A DNA stretch of 64,000 bases from Macrostomum lignano (taxonomy: Eukaryota): contig NIVC01000234.1 in the NCBI GenBank assembly GCA_002269645.1, positions 62,001-126,000 on the forward strand, written 5' to 3'. Below the pieces are notes generated by a model. It made no database searches, had not been told where the DNA came from, and saw only the letters and a list, made by a program, of their open reading frames with translations. Positions 47,830 through 61,100 of this stretch are shown one piece after another; within the stretch, counting starts at the first letter, position 1; the number at the start of each line of letters is the position of its first letter. The translations under genes and the position numbers were made by a program.

Positions 47830-48130
47830 AGCTGGAAGTACTTCCTGGAAGTATGATGGGCAGATACACAATTGACAGCTCAGCCGCAGCTATTGCGCGG
47901 CGCATCTGAAGGCTGCGTACGGCTGTTCAGTCCAAGGACTGGGGGTTCGCCACACACACCCTCAATTACCCCAGCTAATGCTGGCACCCATTTTACGGAT
48001 GGGTGAACTGAAGCAATGCAGAGTTGAGTGTCTTGCTCAAGGACACAAATTGTTCCGAGTTGGATCGGGAATCGAACTCCCGACCTTCAAGTCGTGAGTC
48101 CGACGCTCTGACCACTAGGCTACAGCCCCC
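47830..48130 (-). mobile_element. tRNA-derived SINE with CORE-like central domain
   Basis: Head GGGGCTGTAGCCTAGTGGTCAGAGCG...GTTCGATTC; centre TGTGTCCTTGAGCAAGACACTCAACTC...CAGTTCACCCATCCGTAAAATGGG; CTTCCAG repeats at both ends. Confidence 0.75.
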
Positions 48131-48559
48131 TGGAAGCATCCTACCTGTTACTTCGTAAATGATGAATTAATTTCGCGCAACTCAAACCAGTTTCAGACAG
48201 TAAAAAGCTGTTTATTCGCAAGTTTCGCACAGTATTTTACAGTATAGGGAGGCAACTACTTGTATGTTAAATAGGCCGTACATATCACAAAACAACAAGA
48301 TGGATTGTGCCGTGAAAAAGTAACTTTTTAACAGAGAGTATTGTTATCATCGCGCTTTGCTCACGCGAGAGAGAAAAATGAAAGCCAATCCCTGCCGGTC
48401 GCGGATCGAGTGAGGTGAGCTGCTGAGCTGTGTGTATTTCCGCTGCCAACCGGAGAGTCCGGTGCAGCTTCGAGAAAAATAATTGCGAAAAAGTAAATTT
48501 TCAAATTAGAAATATTTCTGTGTCCAGTGAGAGGTGGCCATAAATATGAAGAGTGAAAA

Positions 48560-50665
48560 TCACTTTTTCAGGTGAGCCAGCATGTGCTGCGAGTAGGATT
48601 CGAACACGCAGTCGTCGAACATCTTGTTCTCGTCGTAGTTGATTTGCACCTTGTTGAGGCCCTCGAAGTACAGCGGGAACACGGTACTGTAGCGGGCGTC
48701 GATCTCCATGTGCTTGTACTCGTACACGTGCTTGCGCTCCTCGTCCTGCTTCTTCGTGGTCTCGGAGGCGGGCTGCTCGGCGTTCTCATCCGCCGCGCTG
48801 ATCTCCGTCATGTCGTCGTAGTTTCTGATGAACATCGTTATGCCACCGGCCGCTCCCACGGCGCTGGCACCGGACATGGCCTCGCCGGTGGCCGGGCCTT
48901 CCATCTTCATGCTCACCCGACGCTTCTTAGTGATGATGAATTCGGTGATGTCGTCCAGATTCTTTGGCACAACAATCGCGTCCATTTGATTTGGGGTCAG
49001 CTTCCAGAACGACATGGTGAACATTCTGGTGATTTGGCTGATCTCGAAGTTGCTAACCAAAGTGATGGGAGCCTTCTTGAGCAGGCGCATGACGGTCTTG
49101 GACATGAGGTTCGGCACGCAGTTGATCACGCTGGTCAAGCCAAAGTAGGTGTCATAGTAGGAGTAGCGGAAGAATGGTTCGATGAGCTCGGAGTCAACCA
49201 TGATGAAAACAATGAGGTCGCAGAGGGCTTCAATAATGACGCTGGACATGTTCTTGATGAGGCAGTTCTGGAGCAGACCGGTGAGCAGGCTGAGGCAGTT
49301 GATGGTGTCGAAGCGGTAGACCCAGGCTCGCTCCTCTTCCGTGATGCCGTCGCTTTCTGCGCTGGTGGCGTGGCTGGACCACTGCTTGTGTCGCAGGTAC
49401 ATACCGTCCGACTTCAGATTGAGGAAGTAGTTCAGCTGGAAGATGATGGGATCGATGTACAGCCGGTGCATGCCAGTCGAGTCGGTCTCCGCCGAGCTCT
49501 TCACCGTCTGTGAGATGACGAAGAAGTCGTGCTGCTTGAAACAGAGAACGGCTCTGAGAATCTGCGGTAGCGCGAAAAGATGCTTGCCATCGAAGTAGTA
49601 CTGATAGGTGAGCAGCCGGCGCACGTACGACATGATGTTTGGCACCACGGGTCGGACGGGATTCTTCGGCTTGCCATCCTTGTCGGAGAACACTGTAGCG
49701 TACTCATCCGGCACCGGCACGTCTTTGTTTTTCAGTACCTTCCGACCGGCATAGTTACCCAGCTTGGTAGGGTTGTTGAAATTGTGTCTGGTCAGCTCTT
49801 TTAGCTCGAATGATTCCATCATCACTTTGCCGACCTCTTTGAGCAGGCCCATGTTGAAGTTGTAGGCCTGGCTGACAACGTACTGCAGGTTGAACATCTT
49901 CTCTACAAGACCAGCCACGTTGATGGACGGCCTGCGCTCAAGTACGTAGCGCAGCACATCGATCCAGTCGGTGAAGGGCACGCCGAACTGGTAGTACTTG
50001 CGCCGGTAAGTCAGCAGGGTCGTGTTGGACGGGTTCCAACCGGCCAGAGCCAGATAGTGCAGGCCCTGATAGTACTCGCGCTTGATGCAGAGGAAGTCAA
50101 ACTGGAAGCGCACCAAGTCGTACTCGCTGTCGTGCACAAACGAGGCAAACTGCGGAGCGGTCACGTTAACTAGATAGTTCTTGCCCGACTTTGCCGAGGC
50201 GAGTTTCAAACAGCCAGTCTCGGCTTTCAGGTACAGCGCGACGCCGAACGAGTTCAGGTAGAGCATCGCCTTGTTGTTGAACACCGGCTTGTCCATGGAG
50301 GCGGCCTCGCCCCAGTAGTAGCTCGGCCGGTCGATCACCTGATAGTATTTGTTGCTCTCGAACAGCGGCCTGGTCCGAAGCGACAGCAGCGCCTTCTGAA
50401 GCCGCCACTCCGAAGTGTCCTTCAACAGGTTGATGAGCCAAGACGTGTTGGGATGGTCGATGCCGAAGAAGCCTTCAGGACAGCTGATCATGTCCCGGAG
50501 CGAGTGTCCAACGTCGGCAGACTGCACTTGCTCGGTGCGCGGCATGTCAAAGAAAATCGGCGGTTGCAGCGTCTCCTGCCTGGCGATGAAGTCGGCTATG
50601 ACAACCTGCTTCTGCACCGAGAGCTGCTCCATCACCTCCTCACCTTTGGCGCTGGACTTTGCCAT
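48560..50665 (-). CDS. Intronless 701-aa protein of unknown function
   Basis: 2.1-kb uninterrupted non-repetitive ORF with strong G/C-ending codon bias and ACAATGG start context; no family motif recognised. Confidence 0.85.
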   Translation of the reverse strand: MAKSSAKGEEVMEQLSVQKQVVIADFIARQETLQPPIFFDMPRTEQVQSADVGHSLRDMISCPEGFFGIDHPNTSWLINLLKDTSEWRLQKALLSLRTRPLFESNKYYQVIDRPSYYWGEAASMDKPVFNNKAMLYLNSFGVALYLKAETGCLKLASAKSGKNYLVNVTAPQFASFVHDSEYDLVRFQFDFLCIKREYYQGLHYLALAGWNPSNTTLLTYRRKYYQFGVPFTDWIDVLRYVLERRPSINVAGLVEKMFNLQYVVSQAYNFNMGLLKEVGKVMMESFELKELTRHNFNNPTKLGNYAGRKVLKNKDVPVPDEYATVFSDKDGKPKNPVRPVVPNIMSYVRRLLTYQYYFDGKHLFALPQILRAVLCFKQHDFFVISQTVKSSAETDSTGMHRLYIDPIIFQLNYFLNLKSDGMYLRHKQWSSHATSAESDGITEEERAWVYRFDTINCLSLLTGLLQNCLIKNMSSVIIEALCDLIVFIMVDSELIEPFFRYSYYDTYFGLTSVINCVPNLMSKTVMRLLKKAPITLVSNFEISQITRMFTMSFWKLTPNQMDAIVVPKNLDDITEFIITKKRRVSMKMEGPATGEAMSGASAVGAAGGITMFIRNYDDMTEISAADENAEQPASETTKKQDEERKHVYEYKHMEIDARYSTVFPLYFEGLNKVQINYDENKMFDDCVFESYSQHMLAHLKK

Positions 50666-51269
50666 TGTCTGTTTGTTCCTGTTTTTAGTTCAGAACTTGT
50701 AAAACTTCTGCGCGAAGTTTAACAACTCGATGTTGTCTAAACAAGCAAAAATCCGAACTGAGTATTTTCTGCTAAGAGGCGTTCAACATCGACTGTATGA
50801 GTGAAATAACAGACGCCAGAGTCAGCCCATAGACATAACTTTAGTTTAATAACTGCTAGCTAAGGTTTTACGATTCTCAAGACGTTTACTAGCCTAATAA
50901 AGCGCTTGCTTTGGTGAAGCTTCTGTTGCATTTAATGGCAGGATCTAAAGTCGTTTTGGAGGCTTCCCTTGCAAGGGAAAAGCGAAAAACACATTAAAAA
51001 CTTTCTTTTAAGTGCCCCCCCCTCTTGACTACCCTACCCCCTCTTGGTGGCGTAAATTTTTAGGACTAGAATTTCAGCCTAAGCCGCCACTATCAAAGAC
51101 TTCGGCACATTTCAGAAGCCCTCCCGTGGGCCAAGTAGTGGATTCTGTGTGGTTAGAAATTTTCAAGTGCAGTTTAGGAGGCCGGCAACAATATGGCGGA
51201 GAGAGTGACTGGTAAAGATACGGAGAGTGAAGTAAAGAAGGCTGGAGAGTGACACGGAGTCAGAAAAAG

Positions 51270-51770
51270 TGACATAGAGTGAGAGAGAGACATGGAAAGA
51301 GTGACATAGAAAGAGTGACATAGAGAGAGAGAGACATAGAGAGAGAGTGACATGGAAAGAGTGACATAGAAAGAGTGACATAGAGAGAGTGACATGGAGA
51401 GAGTGACATGGAGAGAGTGACATGGAGAGAGTGACATAGAGAGTGACATAGAGAGAGTGACATAGAGAGAGTGACATAGAGAGAGTGACATAGAGAGAGT
51501 GACATGGAGAGAGTGACATAGAGAGAGTGACATAGAGAGAGTGACATAGAGAGAGAGTGACATAGAGAGAGTGACATAGAAAAAGAGAGAGAGAGGCATA
51601 GAGAGAGTGACATGAAGAGAGTGACATGGAGAGAGTGATAAAGAGAGAGTGACATGGAGAGAGAGTGATATAGAGAGAGTGACATAGAGAGAGAGAGTGA
51701 TATAGAAAGAGTGTCATACAGAGAGTGACACAAAAAGGGTGCCACGGAGAGGGACATAGAGAAAGTAACA
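51270..51770. repeat. ~14-bp array GAGAGTGACATAGA
   Basis: Visible array. Confidence 0.9.
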
Positions 51771-52639
51771 TAGAGCAAGTGAGATATAGGGAGCGACACA
51801 GAATGACAGGAAGGAAGTTAGGAGAAAACCGGGGAGTGAAATAGAGAGCGCGCTGAAGATAGGTTTCTAATCCAGATCCTTAAAAGTCCACGCCGCTCAA
51901 CGTAATGACTATAGCACACTTGGAAAACACAATTTTATAGCCAACAACATCAAAAAGCTTACTACGGCATCGCAACACGCGAAGATTCTTAGAAAAGGTA
52001 AAAAAGTGTTTTCTAGCGGTTTTTATTCGATATTTTACAATCCAGAAAGATTTGTTGGCAACTTGTACGGGGCCAACCGCCAACCAGTCTCTGTCAACAA
52101 CAAGCAGCTTCTGGCTTGGGGGGGGGGGAGCAGTTTCCGCCAGAGCTTTTAATAGAGTTGCCAGCTGGTCAGCCAATAAGAATTCAGCTAGAATAAAGCT
52201 GCCAGAATGCATATATATAAACCACTGCTTAACACGCTTTCGAAAGGGACCCATGGCTGCAGTTAACTAACAACTCGCACCGCACAAACAGCTGTCTCTG
52301 CTAAAGCAATTACACCAGTTGAAAATCTGTTTTCTTCTTGAAGCCCAACTGACAAACAGACCTATATTGTTGCAACTTCTGCTTCTAGAAATTTTACTTG
52401 CCGTTTCTCTGAGGTCTGACTCAGCCCAGGCTCCTCTGGGCCTGGATTCTGCATCATCTAGCTTTAGTGATGAAAGTTCGACTATTATTGAAACTCTAAG
52501 GTTCGATTGCTACAAAACCCTATTGGTTTATTAGGTGAGATTGAGCACCGTTCTGCTTTTGCATGAGTTTTTATTCTAATTTTTTATGACTTATATGCTT
52601 GTTCTCTAATTTGTACCGATTTTCAGTATCTCTATGCAT

Positions 52640-52816
52640 CTATTCACTCAACTCTCCTCTCTCCTCTCTCCTCTCTCCCCTCTCCCCTCTCAACTCTCTC
52701 CTCTCCTCTCTCCCCTCTCCCCTCTCAACTCTCTCCTCTCCCTCTCCTCTCTCCCCTCTCCCCTCTCAACTCTCTTCTCTCCCCTCTCTTCTCCCCCTCT
52801 CCCTCTCTCTCCACTA

Positions 52817-52851
<35 letters not shown>

Positions 52852-54743
52852 TCTCTCTCCTCTACTCTCTTCTCTCCCCTCTCCTCGCTTTACTCTTTCC
52901 TCTCCTCTCTCATCTATATTCTCTTCTCTTTCTCCTCTCTCCTCTCTCCTCTCTCCTCTCCTTCCTTCTCTCTACTCTTTTTCTCTATTCTCTCCTCTCT
53001 CCTCTCTCCCCTCTCTAGTTTCTCCTCTCCTTTCTCCCCTCTACTCTCTCTTCTCTACTCTCTCCTCTGTCCCCTGTATCCCATCTCCCCTCTCCCTCTC
53101 CCCTCTCCCCTCTCCCCTCTCCTTTTTCCTCTCTCCCCTCTCTACTCTCTCTTTTCTACTCGTCTCTACACCCTCCTCTTCCCATTCCCTACTCTCCCCT
53201 CTCCCTTCTCTCCACTTTCTTATCTTATTTTCTCATTTTCATATCATCTTCTCTCCCTACTCTCCTCTCTGCTCTCCCCACTCTTCAAGCTTCTCCGTCT
53301 TTCGTGTTTTTTTTATAAAGTCAAACCTATAAAATAGATCTTCTCTAGAAATGTTTCACTGACCGCTTCATCTCTCGGTAGAGCACATTCCTGAGAATCT
53401 GTCAATCTCCATCACTCTCCACTCTGTCTCTCTTTGGTAGATTTTCTGCAGAAAAATCGTACTATCATTCATATATTCTACTAAATCTTTTTAGGATTAG
53501 CAAACCGAATTTAAAAAAATATTGATTTAAAATTCTAAAAATATCTGCTTTACTGTTTCGTCCCCGTTTCTAAGGGGATATAGTTGGATAATTACTGTTC
53601 GGGAAACCGCAGTGTAATATCCCGGATGGGGGGGGCTTTGGTCGCTCATCTCTGCGGGATGGCTATAAAGGCAGGTAAAATATTGATTACAAGATGGTTA
53701 CTGTCCAGATACAGAGGACGGTAAACTTTTAGATCTAATCTATGCATGGCTATCTATGAATCTATAGATGCTTGCATTTATAACCCTTGGCTAATATTTC
53801 AATATTTGTGCACAAATTAAGAGTGTCGTCTGTGTTGGCACCGGAAAAGTTGTACTGTGTGTGTTTTGGATTCAACTGGGCCTGGTTGTCCAGCTTTAGC
53901 TGGGTAGAGTAGGGCAGCGACAGAGACACTGGAGGATCAGAGAGATTTAGGGGAGAGGGGAGGGGATTGAGCGGAGAGAGGAGAGATACGAAGGGGAGAA
54001 GAGAGGAAGAGAAGACGAGAAAGGAGCGATGAGAGGTAAGAGGAAAGGAAAGATACGAGCTAAAAGAGAGAAGAGCCCGGAGACAGTGAATATGAATCTT
54101 TTTTCTCTATTTTCTCCTCTCCTCTCTCACCTCTCTACTATCCCCTCTCCCCTCTCCCCTCTCTTCTCTCCTCTCTCCCCTCTCTACTCTCTCTTTCCTA
54201 CTCGTCTCTCACCCTCCTCTTCCCATTCCCTACTCTCCCCTCTCCCTTCTCTCCTCTTTCTTATATTCTTTTCTCATTTTCATCTCATCTTCTCTCCCCA
54301 CTCTCCTCTCTGCTCTCCCCACTCTTCAAGCTTCTCCGTCTTTCGTGGGCGAGCAAAGAGAGAGTAGAGAGGGGAGAGAGGAGAGAGGAGAGAGGAGAGG
54401 GGATAGTAGAGAGGGGAGAGAGGAGAGAGGAGAGGGGAGAGGGGATAGTAGAGAGGGGAGAGAGGAGAGAGGAGAGGGAGAGGGGATAGTAGAGAGGGGA
54501 GAGAGGAGAGAGGAGAGGGAGAGGGGATAGTAGAGAGGGGAGAGAGGAGAGAGGAGAGGGGAGAGGGGATAGTAGAGAGGGGAGAGAGGAGAGAGGAGAG
54601 GGGAGAGGGGATAGTAGAGAGGGGAGAGAGGAGAGAGGAGAGGGGAGAGGGGATAGTAGAGAGGGGAGAGAGGAGAGAGGAGAGGGGAGAGGGGATAGTA
54701 GAGAGGGGAGAGAGGAGAGAATAGAGAAAAAAGATTCATATTC
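52640..54743. repeat. CT-rich and GA-rich low-complexity tracts with an internal direct duplication and a fold-back
   Basis: 53120-53305 is repeated at 54160-54345; 54088-54120 is inverted at 54710-54743. Confidence 0.85.
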
Positions 54744-55100
54744 CCCTTTCAGAAGGGGGGGAGAGGAGAGGGGTAGATAGGAGTGGGGAGAGAGGATCGA
54801 GGCGAGAGAAGAGGGGTAGATTGGAGTGGAGAGAGAGAGTAGGGGCGAGGGAGGAGGAGAGAGGAGAAGGGTAGATAGGAGAGGGGAGAGAGTGAGAGAG
54901 TGAAACAGATTAGAGAGCAACAGACACAGCTCGAGATGCAGAGGCATTTGAGCTACCTTTGACTCGGCGCTGTAAATGTTCCACAATCTAGAAAAGCACA
55001 GCAAAGCTCTTGATGCCAAAATGCATAAGAAAATGAAGCATTTTGAAGTTTCGCAAGCGCACTTTAAATTGCAGTGATGCGCCTGCTAGCTAACCGTTTA

Positions 55101-58100
55101 ATGGCGCAGTGTCTTGCAACAGTTATGGCCTTTTGTCTCTGCCGGCTGGCACAAGGTGAGTTTCTAAAGCTTTTATTGCTTTTATTGCCATTTTATATTT
55201 TTTACATCGTCGATATAAAACCTCTCTGGCCTTTCTTGTCTTAATATATTGAAACTCCTGTCACATGTAAGGTGTAAAAGAAAGACTTTTTTGGCTCGCT
55301 AAAAATTGAGTTCAAATTCTAAAGAAATGGTCACGGCGAGGTTCGCTCTTTGCGGTATCTTCTTGTCAAGTTAATCGTCTCTCTCTCCCTCCTTGTCACG
55401 CAGCCGCAGGGGTCCCGCGAGTTTTACTGTCTCAACTTCAATGGTATAGAATAAAATATTGCGCTATACAGTCTCCCGCTGCGATGCGTCAAGATGAAAT
55501 AAAACTTCTTGCTGGCATCAGCACAGAATAGCAAATTAAGCGAATAGAGCAGAAATAGAGAGACAGGAACGCTGCTCAAAGAAGATCAAAGAGAACAATC
55601 AAAATGCTGTCAGAGTTTTGACAGAAGACAAAAAAAACTGGACGATACTTGGGGGTATGACGTTGAAAAGTTTTTTAACATTGGCTGCACTTTGTGCGTT
55701 TTTTGGCATCTCCAGCCTGTCCTCTGCAGCCTGCCCTCTCCAGCCTGTCCTCTCCAGCCTGTCCTCTCCAGCCTGTCCTCTCCAGCCTGTCCTCTCCAGC
55801 CTGTCCTCTCCAGCCTGTCCTCTCCAGCCTGTCCTCTCCAGCCTGTCCTCTCCAGCCTGTCCTCTCCAGCCTGTCCTCTCCAGCCTGTCCTCTCCAGCCT
55901 GTCCTCTGCAGCCTGTCCTCTCCAGCCTGTCCTCTCCAGCCTGTCCTCTCCAGCCTGTCCTCTCCAGCCTGTCCTCTCCAGCCTGTCCTCTGCAGCCTGT
56001 CCTCTCCAGCCTGTCCTCTCCAGCCTGTCCTCTGCAGCCTATCCTCTCCAGCCTGTCCTCTCCAGCCTGTCCTCTCCAGCCTGTCCTCTCCAGCCTGTCC
56101 TCTCCAGCCTGTCCTCTCCAGCCTGTCCTCCCCAGCCTGTCCTCCCCAGCCTGTCCTCTCCAGCCTGTCCTCCCCAGCCTGTCCTCTCCAGCCTGTCCTC
56201 CCCAGCCTGTCCTCCCCAGCCTGTCCTCTCCAGCCTGTCCTCTCCAGCCTGTCCTCCCCAGCCTGTCCTCTCCAGCCTGTCCTCTCCAGCCTGTCCTCCC
56301 CAGCCTGTCCTCCCCAGCCTGTCCTCCCCAGCCTGTCCTCTCCAGCCTGTCCTCCAGCCTGTCCTCTCCAGCCTGTCCTCCCAGCCTGTCCTCCCAGCCT
56401 GTCCTCTGCAGCCTGTCCTCCCCAGCCTGTCCTCTCCAGCCTGTCCTCTCCAGCCTGTCCTCCCCAGCCTGTCCTCCCCAGCCTGTCCTCTCCAGCCTGT
56501 CCTCTCCAGCCTGTCCTCCCCAGCCTGTCCTCTCCAGCCTGTCCTCTCCAGCCTGTCCACTACAACCAATTCCCCCATGCTAACCTGTCCACCAAGATCT
56601 GTCTTACCTAAATCAAAGCCATTTTTTTCGGAAGGGTCAAAAAGATTTGCAACCCTGATGCAATGGTTAGTGCCAAGCATATCCTATAGGTATGGCTAAA
56701 AATCGCTCAATATGAAGATCCAGATCCATTACCAACCAGTCTGTCTGCTATTATAGTTACGGCCTGCAGTCAGCCAACCACAGTCCACCCACAGGTAGTT
56801 AGTTGCCTGGACAATTAATTAGCGAGAGAAACACCCCAGGGGGTCCGGGAGCACAGGGTTCGCAGGTCAAGACTTGTTGATACACACCTTTCACCGGGGG
56901 GGGGGGCGAAAAGACAGCGTAGCCAAGCCTGAGGGATCCGCATGACTTTGTAGGGAGAATCTTCCCCAACCTTGCAAATTCTTGACTTTCCAACTCCGGT
57001 GTGTTAATTAGGTCAGGGCTACAAACTGACAGAAACTTCTAAGAAATATGTAATGTGCGTTTGGATTCCGCCACAGTATATGAAATATAATATAACATTA
57101 TGTTGTGAATACGAAATTATACTCAAGAATTTTTATCCAAACATCTACTCATTCTCAGCACAATCTAATCTACAATCTACCCATTACCTACCCAATCTAC
57201 CCTGCTATCTACCCATTATCTACCCAATTTACCCTGCTATCTACCCATTATCTACCAATCTACCCTGCTATCTACCCATTATCTACCAATCTACCCTGCT
57301 ATCTACCCATTATCAATCCAACCTACCCTGCTATCTACCCATTATCAATCCAACCTACCCTGCTATCTACCTATTATCTACCCAATCTACCCTGCTATCT
57401 ACCCATTATCAATCCAACCTACCCTGCTATCTACCTATTATCTACCCAATCTACCCTGCTATCTACCCATTATCAATCCAATCTACCCTGCTATCTACCC
57501 ATTATCTACCCAATCTACCCTGCTATCTACCCATTATCAATCCAACCTACCCTGCTATCTACCCATTATCTACCCAATCTACCCTGCTATGTACCCATTA
57601 TCTACCCAATCTACCCTGCTATGTACCCATTATCTACCCAATCTACCCTGCTATCTACCCATTATCTACCAATCTACCCTGCTATCTACCCATTATCAAT
57701 CCAACCTACCCTGCTATCTACCCATTATCAATCCAACCTACCCTGCTATCTACCCATTATCTACCCAATCTACCCTGCTATGTACCCATTATCTACCCAA
57801 TCTACCCTGCTATGTACCCATTATCTACCCAATCTACCCTGCTATCTACCCATTATCTACCAATCTACCCTGCTATCTACCCATTATCAATCCAACCTAC
57901 CCTGCTATCTACCTATTATCTACCCAATCTACCCTGCTATCTACCCATTATCTACCCAACCTACCCTGCTATGTACCCATTATCTACCCAATCTACCCTG
58001 CTATGTACCCATTATCTACCCAATCTACCCTGCTATCTACCCATTATCTACCCAATCTACCCTGCTATGTACCCATTATCTACCCAATCTACCCTGCTAT

Positions 58101-61100
58101 GTACCCATTATCAATCCAACCTACCCTGCTATCTACCCATTATCAATCCAACCTACCCTGCTATCTACCCATTATCTACCCAATCTACCCTGCTATCTAC
58201 CCATTATCAATCCAACCTACCCTGCTATCTACCCATTATCTACCCAATCTACCCTGCTATCTACCCATTATCAATCCAACCTACCCTGCTATCTACCCAT
58301 TATCTACCCAATCTACCCTGCTATCTACCCATTATCAATCCAACCTACCCTGCTATCTACCCATTATCTACCCAATCTACCCTGCTATCTACCTTTATTT
58401 ACCCGTCCTACCCTAATATTTACCCATTATCTACCCAATCTATCTTACAATCTACCCATTCTCTACTTAATCTACCCTGCTATCTACTTGTATCTACCCA
58501 TTATCTACCCAATCTATCTGCTATCTACCTATCATCTATCCAATCTAACATGCTATCTACCTTTATTTACCCGACCTACCCTGCTATTTACCCATTAGCT
58601 ACCCAATCTACCCTAAAATCTACTTAATCTATCCGTCTACACTGCTATCTACCCATTCTCTATGCAGTCTACTCAGTGCTCAAAATCCTACAAGTTATCG
58701 AACCCCAAGCCAACTAAACTCATGCAGTCACCAATAGGCACTTATCCATGCAGAAACATGATCCCAATCTCCATCGCAAACTCACGCTTGACCACTTCCA
58801 CTCACTAAGCAAAGCGAGAGGTTTCAGAACCCCCTTACGGTATGCTGCAGTTAGAGAAATTTATGAGTATAGTGTATATACTACCTAGCCAGCACTTAAG
58901 GGGTTTCACAGATGGATGTGTGGGATTCTGTAGCAATCAGAATAGGGTGAATAGCACTTGTGTGGCTTGTAAATTCACTCTCGCATTGGTGAAAAAAATA
59001 GAGTAGAGAGGAATGCTACAGCATTAGACTTGTATGAAGATTTTACTGCGTTTTATTGAGTTTGTAGAATGTTTGCGGCTTCCCTGCTTCTACGCTAGTG
59101 TATGAATAATATCTCAATATTTAGAATAAAGGTGCACACAATGAGATATTAGTTAGATAATGGGTAGAAGAGTAGAGGTAGACAATGAGTAGACACTGGA
59201 GTAGGTTGAGTAGACACTGGAGTAGATTGAGTAGACAATGAGTAGACACTAAAGTACTTGGAGTAGATCGGGTATACAATAAGAGTAGACACCGAGTAGA
59301 TTGCCTAGACGATAAGTAGACACTGGAGTAGATTGAGTAGACACTGGAGTAGATTGAATAGACACAGGAGTAGATAGGGTAGAGAATGAGTAGCCACAGG
59401 AGTAGATTGGGTAGAGAATGAGTAGACACTGGAGTAGATAGGGTAGAGAATGAGTAGCCACAGGAATAGATTGGGTAGAGAATGAGTAGACACAGCTAGG
59501 AGTAGATTGGGTAGACAACCAGTAGACACTGAAGCGGATCGAGTAGATACAGGAGTAGATTGGGTAGAGAATGAGTAGACACAGGAGTAGATTGAGTAGA
59601 GAATGAGTAGACACAGGAGTAGATTGAGTAGAGAATGAGTAGACACAGGAGTAGATTGAGTAGAGAATGAGTAGACACAGGAGTAGATTGAGTAGAGAAT
59701 GAGTAGACACAGGAGTAGATTGAGTAGAGAATGAGTAGACACAGGAGTAGATTGGGTAGACAATGAGTAGACACAGAAGTAGATTGGGTAGACAATGAGT
59801 AGACACAGGAGTAGATTGGGTAGAGAATGAGTAGACACAGTAGTAGATTGGGTAGACAATGAGTAGACACAGGAGTAGATTGAGTAGAGAATGAGTAGAC
59901 ACAGGAGTAGATTGAGTAGAGAATGAGTAGACACAGGAGTAGATTGAGTAGAGAATGAGTAGACACAGGAGTAGATTGGGTAGACAATGAGTAGACACAG
60001 GAGTAGATTGGGTAGACAATGAGTAGACACAGGAGTAGATTGGGTAGACAATGAGTAGACACAGGAGTAGATTGAGTAGACAATGAGTAGACACAGGAGT
60101 AGATTGAGTAGAGAATGAGTAGACACAGGAGTAGATTGGGTAGAGAATGAGTAGACACAGGAGTAGATTGGGTAGACAATGAGTAGACACAGGAGTAGAT
60201 TGCGTAGAGATTGAGTAGACACAGGAGTAGATTGGGTAGACAATGAGTAGACACAGGAGTAGATTGGGTAGACAATGAGTAGACACAGGAGTAGATTGCG
60301 TAGAGAATGAGTAGACACAGAAGTAGATTGGGTAGACAATGAGTAGACACAGTAGTAGATTGAGTAGAGAATGAGTAGCCACAGGAGAAGATTGGGTAGA
60401 GAATGAGTAGTCACAGGATAGCAGCATCAACCGAGCACTGCTCTCAATCTCTTCCCCAGGCAAAATCCCCCCGACCCTGCCTGTGTGCCCAGAAGAAGAG
60501 GAGCTCAAGGTGCAGGAATGCCAAAGCCGCCTCAATGCTTCGCTGGTGAACAGGCTGCCACAAAGTCGAGCATTTTACACCGGAGTGATGCAGCCCACAG
60601 AGCTTAGCAGAGTCTGCAAGTGAGTTATATTTTTTTATATAAATTATTGAACAAGTAGCTCTCATACATCATAATTGGCGGGATGCTAATTATAGAAAGA
60701 TAATTGTCAGTATTAGGGATCGAATTTTCAGAGTGTAAGTATTTTAGTCAACTGTTTTGCTCAATTAAATTGCCCATCAAAATGTGTTGGATGACTCACC
60801 GATATGAACTTCCCGACTTGAAAGTTCTGAATATCCCGCTCCTTTAATGCTGAGATATGAAAACCTAAAGGGCCGACAGTTGGTGTCAGATAGCGCCGAC
60901 AATGTGTCAGATGGGGCCGGAAATTTGTGTCAGATGGTGAAGACAATTGATGTCAGATAGCGCCGACAATTGGTGTCAGATAGCGCCGACAATTGATGTC
61001 AGATAGCGCCGACAATTGGTGACAGATAGCGCCGACAATTGGTGTCAGATAGCGCCGACAATTGATGTCAGATAGCGCCGACAATTGGTGTCAGATAGCG

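Noticed and set aside
52319-52534. Possible exon or ORF (DSAQAPLGLDSASSSF)
   Set aside because: No recognisable motif and no partner exons with matching phase identified.
56756-58830. Additional candidate exons of the Cys-rich gene (56756-56795, ~58665-58820)
   Set aside because: Splice phases are incompatible with the supported exons, or the frames hit early stops.
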